A stretch of 64,000 bases of DNA from Ignavibacteriaceae bacterium (lineage in GTDB: Bacteria > Bacteroidota > Ignavibacteria > Ignavibacteriales > Ignavibacteriaceae): contig JBGAWM010000013.1 of NCBI GenBank assembly GCA_044227615.1, forward strand, positions 521 through 64,520, given 5' to 3'. Position 1 is the stretch's first letter, and every line of letters begins with the position of its first letter. The notes under the pieces were generated by a model. It had not been told where the DNA came from. It did no database searches and was given only the letters and a program-made list of their open reading frames with translations. A program made the translations under genes and the position numbers. Positions 10,744 through 20,693 of the stretch are shown piece by piece.

Positions 10744-12434
10744 TGAATGGTGTTTTACACATACTTTATTACAAGATTCTTATTTTCTTAAAAGTAAACT
10801 CCCCTTTTAATTTTTCAGCAGTCTTAAAAAGCTTAGGGTCAGGAGTTGTATACTCGATTTTTGCGTACGGCTGCTTTGTAATGACTTCTAATACTATCGA
10901 GTATCTGCTTATTAATGTAAAAATAGGATCATTTCTATTGCACCGTTTTGTACTTGTTGTACTTTTTATTTTTTTTATAGCAATAAACGTCGGCAACATG
11001 GTGGTTTCATTTTCAACACTTTACAAATCAAAAGAGGTCTTCCACTTAATCACAAAACCTATTTCATTTACTAAATTATTTCTGATAAAATTTCTGGATA
11101 ACTTCTTTTATAGTTCAACAACGCTGCTGCTTATAATTACCGCAGTACTGCTCGGTTATGGATTTTATTTTAATCTGAGTTTTTGGTTTTATCCTTTTGC
11201 ATTATTTTTTCTGGTACTGCCATTTATGTTTACAGCCGGTTCCGCTGGCGTAATTATTCTTCTAATTATATTACGATTTGCGGGTAAATGGGGAATCAAA
11301 AAAGTTCTCACTCTTGTAGGATTATTTTATATAACAAGTGTTATATCATTTTATTTTGTTAGTAATCCAATACAACTGGTTGAGAAGGTTTTTGATTATT
11401 ATCCACATATCAATCAGTACTTTGGTTTTTTAGAAAGCGGTTTAGTAAAATTTTTACCAAATTATTGGATAGCAGAATCCCTTTACTGGATTTCTGAAAA
11501 TAGAATAGAAAGAGCCATTCCGTTTATTTACGCAAATCTGGTCACATCAATTTTTATTTTTGCCATCGCTCTTTTTGCAGCAAAGAAATGGTACTATGAC
11601 ACCTGGTTAACTTCATTAAAAATAAATGCAGAGTTAAAAAATAATGGGAAGAAGAGAAATCAAATTTTTGGATTTCACAAAAATTCTTATTTAAATGAAT
11701 TTGATGAATCAATTGTGAAACGCGAATTCCTATTATTCTTCAGAGAACCAAGTCAATGGCTTCACCTTTTGGTAATGCTTTTTTTGATTACCATTTTTAT
11801 TTCAAGTATTTCCGGAATAGATATTATTATTTTAAAAGCATACAATGAATACTTAAAGACCTTAGTTTATTTAATTGTTTCTTTATTCAATGTGTTTCTT
11901 GTTGCGTCTTTATCACTAAGATTTGTTTTCCCTTTAATTAGTCTGGAAGGCGAAGCATTATGGAAGATAAGAAGTGCGCCAATAAATTTTAATGATCTGC
12001 TTTTAAAGCGGCTGATAATATACTTTGTTTTGATATTCTTTATCGGACAGTTGATAAGCTTTTTTTCAAACTATCAGTTTCCGGTTATGCTTTCAATCGT
12101 TGCTCAGATAAATGCCGCAATTACCACAATAACTTTAATTAGCCTAAACTTTGGAATGGGAGGAATCTTTGCAAACTATAAAGAGAAGAATGCAATAAGA
12201 TTAGCATCATCACAGGGGGCTTCAATTACATTTTTATTTACACTTTTATATCTTGTTATAATTATAGTAATACTATTCATTCCCGTTTCAAATTATTTTT
12301 ATGCGATGGGGCGTGGAATTAATATTTCTATATGGAATCTGCTTAGCACAAGCTTGGCTCTATTGGCGATTGCGATCATCATTTCAACAGTATCAATCAA
12401 GTATGGATTAAAATCTTTTACAAAGGATTTTTAG
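10743..12434 (+). CDS. putative ABC exporter permease (large polytopic membrane protein)
   Basis: 563 aa with at least 10 predicted TM segments. Its start overlaps the stop of the ABC ATPase (ATAATGA), implying translational coupling. Confidence 0.6.
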   Translation: MNGVLHILYYKILIFLKVNSPFNFSAVLKSLGSGVVYSIFAYGCFVMTSNTIEYLLINVKIGSFLLHRFVLVVLFIFFIAINVGNMVVSFSTLYKSKEVFHLITKPISFTKLFLIKFLDNFFYSSTTLLLIITAVLLGYGFYFNLSFWFYPFALFFLVLPFMFTAGSAGVIILLIILRFAGKWGIKKVLTLVGLFYITSVISFYFVSNPIQLVEKVFDYYPHINQYFGFLESGLVKFLPNYWIAESLYWISENRIERAIPFIYANLVTSIFIFAIALFAAKKWYYDTWLTSLKINAELKNNGKKRNQIFGFHKNSYLNEFDESIVKREFLLFFREPSQWLHLLVMLFLITIFISSISGIDIIILKAYNEYLKTLVYLIVSLFNVFLVASLSLRFVFPLISLEGEALWKIRSAPINFNDLLLKRLIIYFVLIFFIGQLISFFSNYQFPVMLSIVAQINAAITTITLISLNFGMGGIFANYKEKNAIRLASSQGASITFLFTLLYLVIIIVILFIPVSNYFYAMGRGINISIWNLLSTSLALLAIAIIISTVSIKYGLKSFTKDF

Positions 12435-12512
12435 TAATTGATTTTACCAGGTAATCGATAACAATTCTCTAAATCGTAAAACACATTTAGATCTGTTTTC
12501 CAGAATGGGTAT

Positions 12513-12550
12513 AAAAAAAAGTTCATCCCATATAAATGGAATGAACTTTT
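12513..12550. terminator. bidirectional intrinsic terminator between convergent genes
   Basis: An A8 run, then GTTCATCCCA-tataaa-TGGAATGAAC (10-bp stem with one mismatch), then TTTT. It serves the ABC permease (+) and the LTD protein (-). Confidence 0.65.
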
Positions 12551-12575
12551 AATGATATTATGTTAAACAATTTTT

Positions 12576-13745
12576 TTACTTCATTAAAGTAAATTTCTTT
12601 GTTGATGTAAAATTAACCGTTGTTAATTGATAAAAATAAACACCACTGCTTAAGCCGCTTGCATTAAAATTAATTGAATAATTTCCTGCACTTTTTGTCT
12701 CATTAACTAGTACAGCAACTTCTTTTCCAAGAATGTTGAATATTTTTAGCGAAACATTACCGGTTGCAGGAATTGTAAAACTTATTGTCGTTGATGGATT
12801 AAAAGGGTTCGGATAATTTTGATTTAATTTAAATTCAGAGATTCCATTAAAATCATCCTCAACATCTGTAATTAAATTGGGGAAACCTCTTGTTATAGAA
12901 TTGGTTAACTGCCAGCCTGAAATTCCGTCTGGATACCTGCAATAAGACTGTGTAGAATCCATGGCTGGAAAAGTGACATCATCAATTATTAATCCACTTT
13001 CATTTTCTAACCAAACTTCTTCACCAAGACTTGATAATCCAAAACTACTTGCTGAACCATCCGAAGTCACTATAACAAAATAACCATTGGCTGCAATTAT
13101 TGAACCTGATGGGAATTCTTTTTTTGGTGTTGATCCTAATTGTCCATTCGCGTCATAAATTTTATAACCCGTAAGAGCAATATCAGTTGCGGAAGGATTA
13201 TATATCTCAATCCAATCAGGGTCGAGAGCTGTACCGCGTGAATAAATTTCGTTAATTACTACACTTGTTGGATTCGAATATATATTCGCTGTGCCCCGAG
13301 TAATGGAATGAGTAACTATCCATGATTGTCCATCTGGAAATCGACTAAATGATTCAGAAACTTGAAGTGCCGGAAAAACAACTGAATCAACTAAAATTCC
13401 TATTGGATCCTCGATCCAAACATTTTCACCATTGCTTGAAAGACCGAATCCACTTGCTGTAGTATCATCTGGAATGATAACCAAAAAATCATTTGCTGGA
13501 ATTATTGAACCAGTCGGGAAGATTTTTTTGGGTTTTAATCCTATCAATCCACCCTCATCATAAATTTTGTAACCAGAAATATCTAAATCAGATGAAGACA
13601 AGTTAAATAATTCAATCCAATCAGGATCAGATACAGATCCCCTGGAATATATTTCATTCAGTACAATATTAGTTTGAGATCTGAATTCACCAACAAAAAG
13701 GATGAAGGTTATTATTATAAAAAGTTTTAAAAAATATTTTTTCAT
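12576..13745 (-). CDS. secreted protein with two lamin-tail (LTD) domains and a T9SS C-terminal sorting domain
   Basis: Two repeats of the pattern V(L/I)NEIYSRG...DPDWIE(L/I)(F/Y)N...L.GYKIYD, typical of LTD. The C-terminus NYPNPFNPSTTISF...GVYFYQL is typical of the Por/T9SS CTD. ATG at 13745 (MKKYFLKLF signal peptide) is preferred over the upstream TTG at 13760. Confidence 0.75.
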   Translation of the reverse strand: MKKYFLKLFIIITFILFVGEFRSQTNIVLNEIYSRGSVSDPDWIELFNLSSSDLDISGYKIYDEGGLIGLKPKKIFPTGSIIPANDFLVIIPDDTTASGFGLSSNGENVWIEDPIGILVDSVVFPALQVSESFSRFPDGQSWIVTHSITRGTANIYSNPTSVVINEIYSRGTALDPDWIEIYNPSATDIALTGYKIYDANGQLGSTPKKEFPSGSIIAANGYFVIVTSDGSASSFGLSSLGEEVWLENESGLIIDDVTFPAMDSTQSYCRYPDGISGWQLTNSITRGFPNLITDVEDDFNGISEFKLNQNYPNPFNPSTTISFTIPATGNVSLKIFNILGKEVAVLVNETKSAGNYSINFNASGLSSGVYFYQLTTVNFTSTKKFTLMK

Positions 13746-13813
13746 TATGATACCAATCAAAGTTTCAGATTAATGATTAAAAAGTTTTTCTCGCCACAAT
13801 GAATATTTATCGT

Positions 13814-14575
13814 TTAGCTATTAGGTTTATTAAAAACGTACATTTTAGCATTCGAATCACGCACGACATAAATTTTATCATTTACTAGTGTTATACCCTC
13901 CCCTTTTGAAAATGGAATTTGCCACTCTGAAATTACAGAACCAGACTTTGTTAATTTGATAATTTTTTCTGATTCATCACTAATTATCCACAGACAATCA
14001 AGAATTGAATCATAAGCAACATCTGATAAATCATTTGCGTTGGTAATTTCATACCTACCAATCTCAATTTCGTTTCGAAGTTTAACTAAAATTCTCGGTA
14101 ATTTTTCATTCAATACATAAATATAATTATTTGCATCAACTGTTATTCCTTCAAGTCCATTTGTAGAATTAGTGGAAACATTTACGCTAAATGATTTGAT
14201 TTTTGTTCCATTCAACAAAAATGATGTAACTAGATTATCGGATTCTTCTACAACATAAATAGTATCCCGATTTATACTTAATGTTATTCCTTCAAGATCA
14301 TTTGCATTTACTTGTATTGATCTTAATAAATTTCCAGCTAGATCTATCTCAAATATTTTAGGGAGTGTGTCTGAAACAATATAAAATGAATTATTAACAA
14401 AGTTGTAAACAATACCAGAGGGTTCGGATAAAATATTCGATAAATCAATTTCAGCAATCGGCTCCAATAATTTCACTTCCGAAATTGTTTGAGAATCGGA
14501 AGAACAACCAGATAAGCAAATAATCGCGTATATAATTATTATAATAAATCTAATTTTTCTATATCTATTTATCAT
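13814..14575 (-). CDS. SdiA-regulated/YjiK-like beta-propeller lipoprotein
   Basis: Lipobox LSGC. Recurrent xxLEGIT blocks (DLEGITL, GLEGITV, KGEGITL) and LSEPSGIVY are as in SdiA-regulated domain proteins. Confidence 0.6.
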   Translation of the reverse strand: MINRYRKIRFIIIIIYAIICLSGCSSDSQTISEVKLLEPIAEIDLSNILSEPSGIVYNFVNNSFYIVSDTLPKIFEIDLAGNLLRSIQVNANDLEGITLSINRDTIYVVEESDNLVTSFLLNGTKIKSFSVNVSTNSTNGLEGITVDANNYIYVLNEKLPRILVKLRNEIEIGRYEITNANDLSDVAYDSILDCLWIISDESEKIIKLTKSGSVISEWQIPFSKGEGITLVNDKIYVVRDSNAKMYVFNKPNS

Positions 14576-14628
14576 TCTTATTGGTCATCTCTTGATTTTT
14601 AGTGAATTATATTTTTTAACAACATTAA

Positions 14629-16119
14629 TTATTCAGTTTTATTATGGGGAACAACTCTAAATACATCTTCAATAATAATTTTCTTTCCCTTAATATTTTT
14701 ATCTCTGAGTTTATCCCCATTCAATTTCCATCGAATATCACCAGAGAAAACAGCAGCATCAAAATCTATTTTATGGCTGAACGATTTTCCATGAAGTTTT
14801 TTTAATCGCTGAATTTGATCAGAAGAAAACTGATCATGTGATAATGATTTAATTACGATCATCGAATCAATTTTAAAACTGTCAATTAAAGCATAATGAA
14901 AAATGGAATACAGTTGTTCCGAATTGTAAGGATATCTTTTTAATAATTCATATCTGAAAATTTTATTTTGTAAAAATCTTTTATTAACTAAATCTGAAAT
15001 TTTTTCCGTTTCTATTCCGCTTTGCTCCAATTGCTCTAATACGGATTCCGATATTTCATAAGGAACCTGTTTAATTACTTTTTGTTCAAATACGTTTTGT
15101 ACAAAAAATAATAATACGTACGCCAATATTCCCGCAGTTATTGGAGCTACTACCCATCCAACTCCAATTTTTCCAAAAATTTTAAAGTTTATTGATTGCG
15201 GATCTTTTGCAAGACCTACGCCTATTACTGCTCCAATAAAAGATTGGGTTGCTGAAAGCGGAACCAGTGGAATAGAAGGTAATCCATTTTCTAAGAGAAA
15301 AGTCTCTAGAGACTGTGAAGTAAAAAGCCACAAAACAAGTGCGCCGGCAAGAACTATTACAAAGCCTGTAATTGGTGAAATCTTATAAAGATCAGTTCCA
15401 ACTGTTTTCATTACTTTATTTCCATAAGTAAAAATACCAATCGCTATTGATAATCCGCCTAATAAAAATAGCTGCTGAATACTGCTTATAGAATAAAACT
15501 CAACAATTTCTATTTCTTTAAAAGGTGATGCGGGCGCAAACATACCCATAACATTAGCAATATTATTAGCGCCCATCGAGTATGATGCCATCGCACCAAC
15601 AATTATCAATCCTGCTCTTGTATAGCTATCTATTTCGAGCATATGGATTTTCCATTTAAGAATTGTGTTTTTCACAAATTTAAAAATGATGAACCCGAAT
15701 AATCCTGCTATAATTGGACTTACAATCCAGCTTGATACAATCTTTGTCAAAGAATTTATATCAGTGGGAGAACCAGTAAATATATTCCATCCTATAATTG
15801 CACCAACCACAGCCTGAGAAGTTGAAACAGGTAAGCTTGCTCGCGTCATCCAGGTAACAGAAATAGCTACTGCCAGCGCAACAGTAAAACTGCCTGCAAT
15901 GGCATTTATTCCACCAAGATCAGTTAAAGTTGATGTTGTTCCAGCGCCGCTTATAAATGAACCAAGTACAACAAATATTCCACCAATAATTGCAGCCGTT
16001 TTAAATTTTATCATCTTTGATGTAACAGCAGTACCAAATAGTGAAACCGCATTGTTAGCACCAAGCGACCATCCAAGAAATAGACCACTGCTTATAAAAA
16101 ACCAAACTGAAATATCCAA
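14629..16119 (-). CDS. inorganic phosphate transporter, PiT family, with a ~150-aa C-terminal cytoplasmic extension
   Basis: GANNA/GANDV-type motifs (SLGANNAVS, SMGANNIANV) occur in both halves. The hydrophilic tail begins after about aa 345. Confidence 0.85.
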   Translation of the reverse strand: MDISVWFFISSGLFLGWSLGANNAVSLFGTAVTSKMIKFKTAAIIGGIFVVLGSFISGAGTTSTLTDLGGINAIAGSFTVALAVAISVTWMTRASLPVSTSQAVVGAIIGWNIFTGSPTDINSLTKIVSSWIVSPIIAGLFGFIIFKFVKNTILKWKIHMLEIDSYTRAGLIIVGAMASYSMGANNIANVMGMFAPASPFKEIEIVEFYSISSIQQLFLLGGLSIAIGIFTYGNKVMKTVGTDLYKISPITGFVIVLAGALVLWLFTSQSLETFLLENGLPSIPLVPLSATQSFIGAVIGVGLAKDPQSINFKIFGKIGVGWVVAPITAGILAYVLLFFVQNVFEQKVIKQVPYEISESVLEQLEQSGIETEKISDLVNKRFLQNKIFRYELLKRYPYNSEQLYSIFHYALIDSFKIDSMIVIKSLSHDQFSSDQIQRLKKLHGKSFSHKIDFDAAVFSGDIRWKLNGDKLRDKNIKGKKIIIEDVFRVVPHNKTE

Positions 16120-16121
16120 TG

Positions 16122-16760
16122 TTACTCAAACCTTTTTATCGTGGCGATTGATAGCCTGTCACAAACATCTTCTGATTCTTCGGCAATTCTTTCGATGTGA
16201 AAAGTAAAATAGCGAATGTGAATTTTGAAACTAAGTTCTTTATCTGTTCGAAAGATCGTTCTCTTAATTCTTTCTGCAGTCTTATTTGTTTCTTTTTTAT
16301 AAAATTGAACTTTAGTGACATAATCGCGAACAGCATCAACATTCCTGAAGTACGCTCTTATAGCGCTGACTGTATTTTCTAAACACGAAATCGAGCTTTC
16401 TGCTATCTCGATGAACTCATTTTTCAGTTCGGGCAGCAATTTTGGTATTTCAACAGAAAATTCAAGCAATGTTTCGGCAGTAATATTAAGTACTTTATCG
16501 CAGCTTTCCATCAAACCTAACACATCACCTCGCGATTCTGGAATTAGAGTACGGGTATATAGTTTAATTTCAATATTTCTTCTTAAGTCATCAGCGGTTT
16601 CTTCAATCTTGCGTAGGTCTTTTAAGTGTCCTTCAAATGCATCCATTTGATGATCTAAGTAGCATTTAATTCCGAGTTTGAATATTAGTCCGCCTTTGAT
16701 AACTAAATCAAGATACTCATCAATTTGTGTTTCAAGTTTTTTGGTTTTCTTTAAAAACAT
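16122..16760 (-). CDS. DUF47/PhoU-like phosphate transport regulator
   Basis: 212 aa helical protein immediately upstream of PiT (2-bp gap), the conserved pairing for TIGR00153-type proteins. Confidence 0.7.
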   Translation of the reverse strand: MFLKKTKKLETQIDEYLDLVIKGGLIFKLGIKCYLDHQMDAFEGHLKDLRKIEETADDLRRNIEIKLYTRTLIPESRGDVLGLMESCDKVLNITAETLLEFSVEIPKLLPELKNEFIEIAESSISCLENTVSAIRAYFRNVDAVRDYVTKVQFYKKETNKTAERIKRTIFRTDKELSFKIHIRYFTFHIERIAEESEDVCDRLSIATIKRFE

Positions 16761-16904
16761 AAAACTAATATCCTTTTAAATATAATTTTTTGATTTATTG
16801 AATTTGAAAAATGAACAGATATGATAACTATTGCTTTTAGATTTTCGACTTTTGTCATATCAATCTTAATGACCTAAAAATATTTAGGTTGGATTATTCA
16901 TTTT

Positions 16905-17369
16905 CTACCACGTAGTAAATGGATTCTTGGTCAGCATAGAATTATAATACTTCATATCCCCAGTTACTTCTTCACCAATCCAGTTTGGTATATAAATTTT
17001 TTGATTTTCATTTTCCAATTCAACTTCTGCTATGACCAATCCTTCATTCTCATCTATAAATTCATCCACTTCCCAGGTAAAATTGTTTAATTCAATTTTT
17101 GTGCGATATTTTTTAATGAGAGGTTTTTCACATAGCGTTTCCTGAATCACTCTGGCTTCTTCTACCGGTATTTCATATTCAAATTCACTTCTGCTAATCC
17201 CATTAGCAGGTCCTTTAATAGTTATAAATCCTTTATCATTAATTGTTCTAATTCTAATCGTTCGCTTTTTATCAATCAATAAATATCCTTGCTGATAAAA
17301 GATTCTGTTACCTAACGATTTCCATTCATCAGATTTAACTAAAAATTTTCTTTCAATTTCTATTCCCAA
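16905..17369 (-). CDS. CYTH domain protein (triphosphate tunnel metalloenzyme, CyaB/ThTPase-like)
   Basis: N-terminal EIERKFLV signature. The size and beta-strand pattern are typical of CYTH. Confidence 0.85.
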   Translation of the reverse strand: MGIEIERKFLVKSDEWKSLGNRIFYQQGYLLIDKKRTIRIRTINDKGFITIKGPANGISRSEFEYEIPVEEARVIQETLCEKPLIKKYRTKIELNNFTWEVDEFIDENEGLVIAEVELENENQKIYIPNWIGEEVTGDMKYYNSMLTKNPFTTW

Positions 17370-17381
17370 GAATTATCCTTC

Positions 17382-18092
17382 TTATAAATCATAAGTCCAA
17401 TTCCGATTTACATCATCAATCACTGTTTTTTCTTCTATAGTTTCTATTAATTTATTTTGTTCTATAATTGCAGCAGTAAGTTTGTTGTTACCGAACGCAG
17501 TTGTATCAATATAAAGTGCGTTAGAATCTTTATCAAATAATACTTCTTTGCGATGGGTATGCCCTACTACCTGAAGTTTGCCTATGTTTAATAAATTACC
17601 GCGAGCCCAGATTATGCTATTCTGATTTAATAGATCATTGTTTAATATTTCTTTTAAGGCGGCATCATCTGAAAGAAAATTCTCAGGTAGTTTATCTTTT
17701 AATGAAATAGAGATTCCCGCGTGTGAGATAAAGCAGTCATCAAGATTATAAAATAAAGGAGCATTAATAATAATATCTAGATGCTCATCCATCTTGTTAA
17801 GCCGGTCTTTGTATGATGCTATGGTTGTCTCTGCACCATTATAATTCCAGGATTTCGCCATCAAACTGAATGGCTCTCGCATATTTGAATAGAACATAAA
17901 ATCATGATTGCCCAGTGTGAATTTGATATTTTCAGCGATAACAAACTCAACTACCTCAAAACTATTATTTCCCCTGTCAACAAGATCACCAACACAATAA
18001 ATTTTAATATCAGGAAATTTATTTTTTATCTTCTCTACAAGAGCTTTTAAAGTTTTATAACAGCCATGAACATCTCCAATTACTGCAACCAT
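17382..18092 (-). CDS. PPP-family metallophosphoesterase (Ser/Thr phosphatase or ApaH-like)
   Basis: GDVHGC, GDLVDRG, GNHD and GHTH motifs. Confidence 0.85.
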   Translation of the reverse strand: MVAVIGDVHGCYKTLKALVEKIKNKFPDIKIYCVGDLVDRGNNSFEVVEFVIAENIKFTLGNHDFMFYSNMREPFSLMAKSWNYNGAETTIASYKDRLNKMDEHLDIIINAPLFYNLDDCFISHAGISISLKDKLPENFLSDDAALKEILNNDLLNQNSIIWARGNLLNIGKLQVVGHTHRKEVLFDKDSNALYIDTTAFGNNKLTAAIIEQNKLIETIEEKTVIDDVNRNWTYDL

Positions 18093-18096
18093 AGTA

Positions 18097-19452
18097 TTAA
18101 ATTTTAAATGTTTCTTGTGCGTACTTAGTCAACTCATCTCTAAAATTTGGATGAGCAATACTAATCAATGCTTTGGCTCTTTCCTGAATAGTTTTTCCCC
18201 AGAGATTTACAGCTCCATATTCCGTAACAATATAATCAACATCGCCCCTGGAAGTAACTACGCCTGCGCCAGGTTTAAGTGTAGGAACGATTCGAGAGAT
18301 TGTATCGTTTTTTGTAGTGGCAGGTAAAGCAATGATAGGTTTACCGCCTTCAGATTTTGATGCACCTCTTATAAAATCAACCTGTCCGCCGATACCGGAG
18401 TAAAACCTTGTCCCTATTGAATCTGCACAAACCTGCCCGGTTAAATCGACTTCCAACGCAGAGTTGATTGCAACCATTTTATTGTTTTTTGCAATTATAA
18501 AAGGATCATTAACATACTCCTGTGGATGAAATTCAAAAATCGGATTGTTATCAATAAAATTATAAACTCTTTTTGTGCCTAAAACAAATCCCGCAATAAT
18601 TTTTCCGGGATGCAGAGTTTTTTTCTCCCCATTGATAACACCTGCCTCTACTAAATCAATCATTCCATCTGAAAACATTTCCGTATGAACGCCTAAATCT
18701 TTTTTATCATATAAATATTTCATAACAGAATCTGGAATTGCGCCAATACCCATTTGAAGAGTGGAACCATCTTCAATTAAATCAGCCACGTTTCTTCCTA
18801 TCTTATCGAACACTGCAAGAATTTCTGGTGTTGTATCAGGATCAACTTGCGGTAACTCCTTAATCTCCTCATCACACTCAACTATAAAATTAATTTTATT
18901 TATATGGATAAAGCAGTCACCCAATGTTCTTGGCTGATATTTATTTACCTGTGCAATAATAATTTTTGATTTTTCAGCAGGTGTTTTAATTGTACCAACA
19001 TCAACACCATAACTGCAAAAACCATGCTCATCAGGTGGAGAAACATTTAACAAAGCAACATCAGTATTTATTCTGCCAAGTTTAAATAACAATGGAACTT
19101 CGGATAAAAATATCGGGATAAATTCTGAACGTCCTTCGTTTACAGCTTTTCTTGCATTCGCACCGATAAAAAACGCTTTATGCTTAAAGTGCTTTTCCAT
19201 TCCAGGCTGCAGGTAAGGAAGATCACCAACAATAAGAATGTGATATAACGTTACATTCTCAAGTTCATCTTTTCTGCGAACCATAGCTCTGATTAATTCT
19301 GATGGAGCAGCACAACCGGGTTGTACAATTACACTGTCACCTGACTTGATATGCTTAACAGCTTCATCAGAACTAACTAATTTTTGATTATAAATTCTTA
19401 ATAAATTAGTGGGGATAGGATTTTTTACTGGTATTTCTTCTGTGGACGTCAT
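18097..19452 (-). CDS. acetyl-CoA hydrolase/transferase family protein (4-hydroxybutyrate CoA-transferase-like)
   Basis: 451 aa. The GIGG.D motif (GIGGQVDFIRGA) and overall pattern match the Cat1/AbfT family. Confidence 0.8.
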   Translation of the reverse strand: MTSTEEIPVKNPIPTNLLRIYNQKLVSSDEAVKHIKSGDSVIVQPGCAAPSELIRAMVRRKDELENVTLYHILIVGDLPYLQPGMEKHFKHKAFFIGANARKAVNEGRSEFIPIFLSEVPLLFKLGRINTDVALLNVSPPDEHGFCSYGVDVGTIKTPAEKSKIIIAQVNKYQPRTLGDCFIHINKINFIVECDEEIKELPQVDPDTTPEILAVFDKIGRNVADLIEDGSTLQMGIGAIPDSVMKYLYDKKDLGVHTEMFSDGMIDLVEAGVINGEKKTLHPGKIIAGFVLGTKRVYNFIDNNPIFEFHPQEYVNDPFIIAKNNKMVAINSALEVDLTGQVCADSIGTRFYSGIGGQVDFIRGASKSEGGKPIIALPATTKNDTISRIVPTLKPGAGVVTSRGDVDYIVTEYGAVNLWGKTIQERAKALISIAHPNFRDELTKYAQETFKI

Positions 19453-19503
19453 CTTAAATTCTCATTTCTAAATTTCAATTCAACTTCAAAATATGATAAA
19501 CTA

Positions 19504-20625
19504 CTAATTGCTTGCGAAAATATGTAATCGCCTATATTCTACATTAAAAGTATGCGCAATAGATTCATTGCAGCAATAACCGTTATAAGTACAAACTCCT
19601 TTTGATAATCCGATATCACCGAGCAGTGCATTTGATAAACCATTTTCAGCAATATTCTGGATATAACCAAGTGAAGCATTATTTAATCCATAACTTGCAG
19701 TACGCGAAACAATAGCAGGCATATTTGGTACGCAATAATGTATTACGTCGTGCATTCTGTAAACGGGATCTGATTGAGTAGTAATATGGCTTGTCTCTAT
19801 GCATCCACCCTGATCAATGGAAACATCAACAATCACAGAACCTTTTTTCATTTCCTTTACCATCGATTCTGTAACAAGATGAGGTGCTTTCTCTCCCTTA
19901 ATTAAAACAGCACCAATTAAAACGTCAGCAAATTTTACTCCGCGAGAGATCGTATAAGGATTAGCCATAACGGTAGTAACTTTTTTTCTAAAATTCATGT
20001 CTATAGAACGCAATCGATGCAAATCTTTGTCGATAACTATTACCTGAGCGCCGCGACCAAGCGCAGCACGTGCGGCTGTAACGCCGACTACACCTGCTCC
20101 AAGAATTACAACTGCGGCAGGTGCAACGCCAGTAATTCCACCTAAAAGAATCCCTCTGCCGCCTTCACTAAAGCTTTCAAGATATCTTTCAGCAACTTGT
20201 ATAGAAAGCTGCCCGGCAATTTCACTCATAGAATGCAAAACAGGAAGTCTATCTTCTTCCTCTATCAACTCATAACCGATTGCTGTTATCTTTTTCTTTA
20301 AAAGCTGATCAATAATTTTTCTTTTACCAATGGCAAGATGAAGAAAAGAAAAGAGTGTTTGATTTTCCTGAAGTAGATCTGCCTCAGTTTCTGAAAGCGG
20401 TGCAACTTTCACAACCACTTCTGCTCTGGCAAAAGCTTCCTCTGCACTGTAAACAATTTGTGCTCCTGTTGCGCGATACTCTTCGTCGCTAAAATGGCTT
20501 CCAACACCCGCACCACTTTGAAAATAAACAGTGTGACCGGATCTGACTAATGCATCAACGCCTGCCGGGGCTAATGCAACCCTTCTTTCTTCATAAAGAG
20601 TTTCTTTTGGTATTCCAAATCTCAT
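19504..20625 (-). CDS. ald: alanine dehydrogenase
   Basis: GIPKE...E.RVAL.PAGV...GH.V...GAG, a Rossmann motif VVILGAGVVG, and 373 aa length. Confidence 0.85.
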   Translation of the reverse strand: MRFGIPKETLYEERRVALAPAGVDALVRSGHTVYFQSGAGVGSHFSDEEYRATGAQIVYSAEEAFARAEVVVKVAPLSETEADLLQENQTLFSFLHLAIGKRKIIDQLLKKKITAIGYELIEEEDRLPVLHSMSEIAGQLSIQVAERYLESFSEGGRGILLGGITGVAPAAVVILGAGVVGVTAARAALGRGAQVIVIDKDLHRLRSIDMNFRKKVTTVMANPYTISRGVKFADVLIGAVLIKGEKAPHLVTESMVKEMKKGSVIVDVSIDQGGCIETSHITTQSDPVYRMHDVIHYCVPNMPAIVSRTASYGLNNASLGYIQNIAENGLSNALLGDIGLSKGVCTYNGYCCNESIAHTFNVEYRRLHIFASN

Positions 20626-20693
20626 TTAATTTTCTCTTTTTTTATTTCAAAATTACGATTGGTAAATCTGATTAGCAATCAATTTGGTGGAAA

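Noticed and set aside
16870-16892. Hairpin ACCTAAA-n5-TTTAGGT downstream of the CYTH gene as a terminator
   Set aside because: The AT-rich 7-bp stem has no following U-tract on the relevant strand. Evidence is too weak to call.
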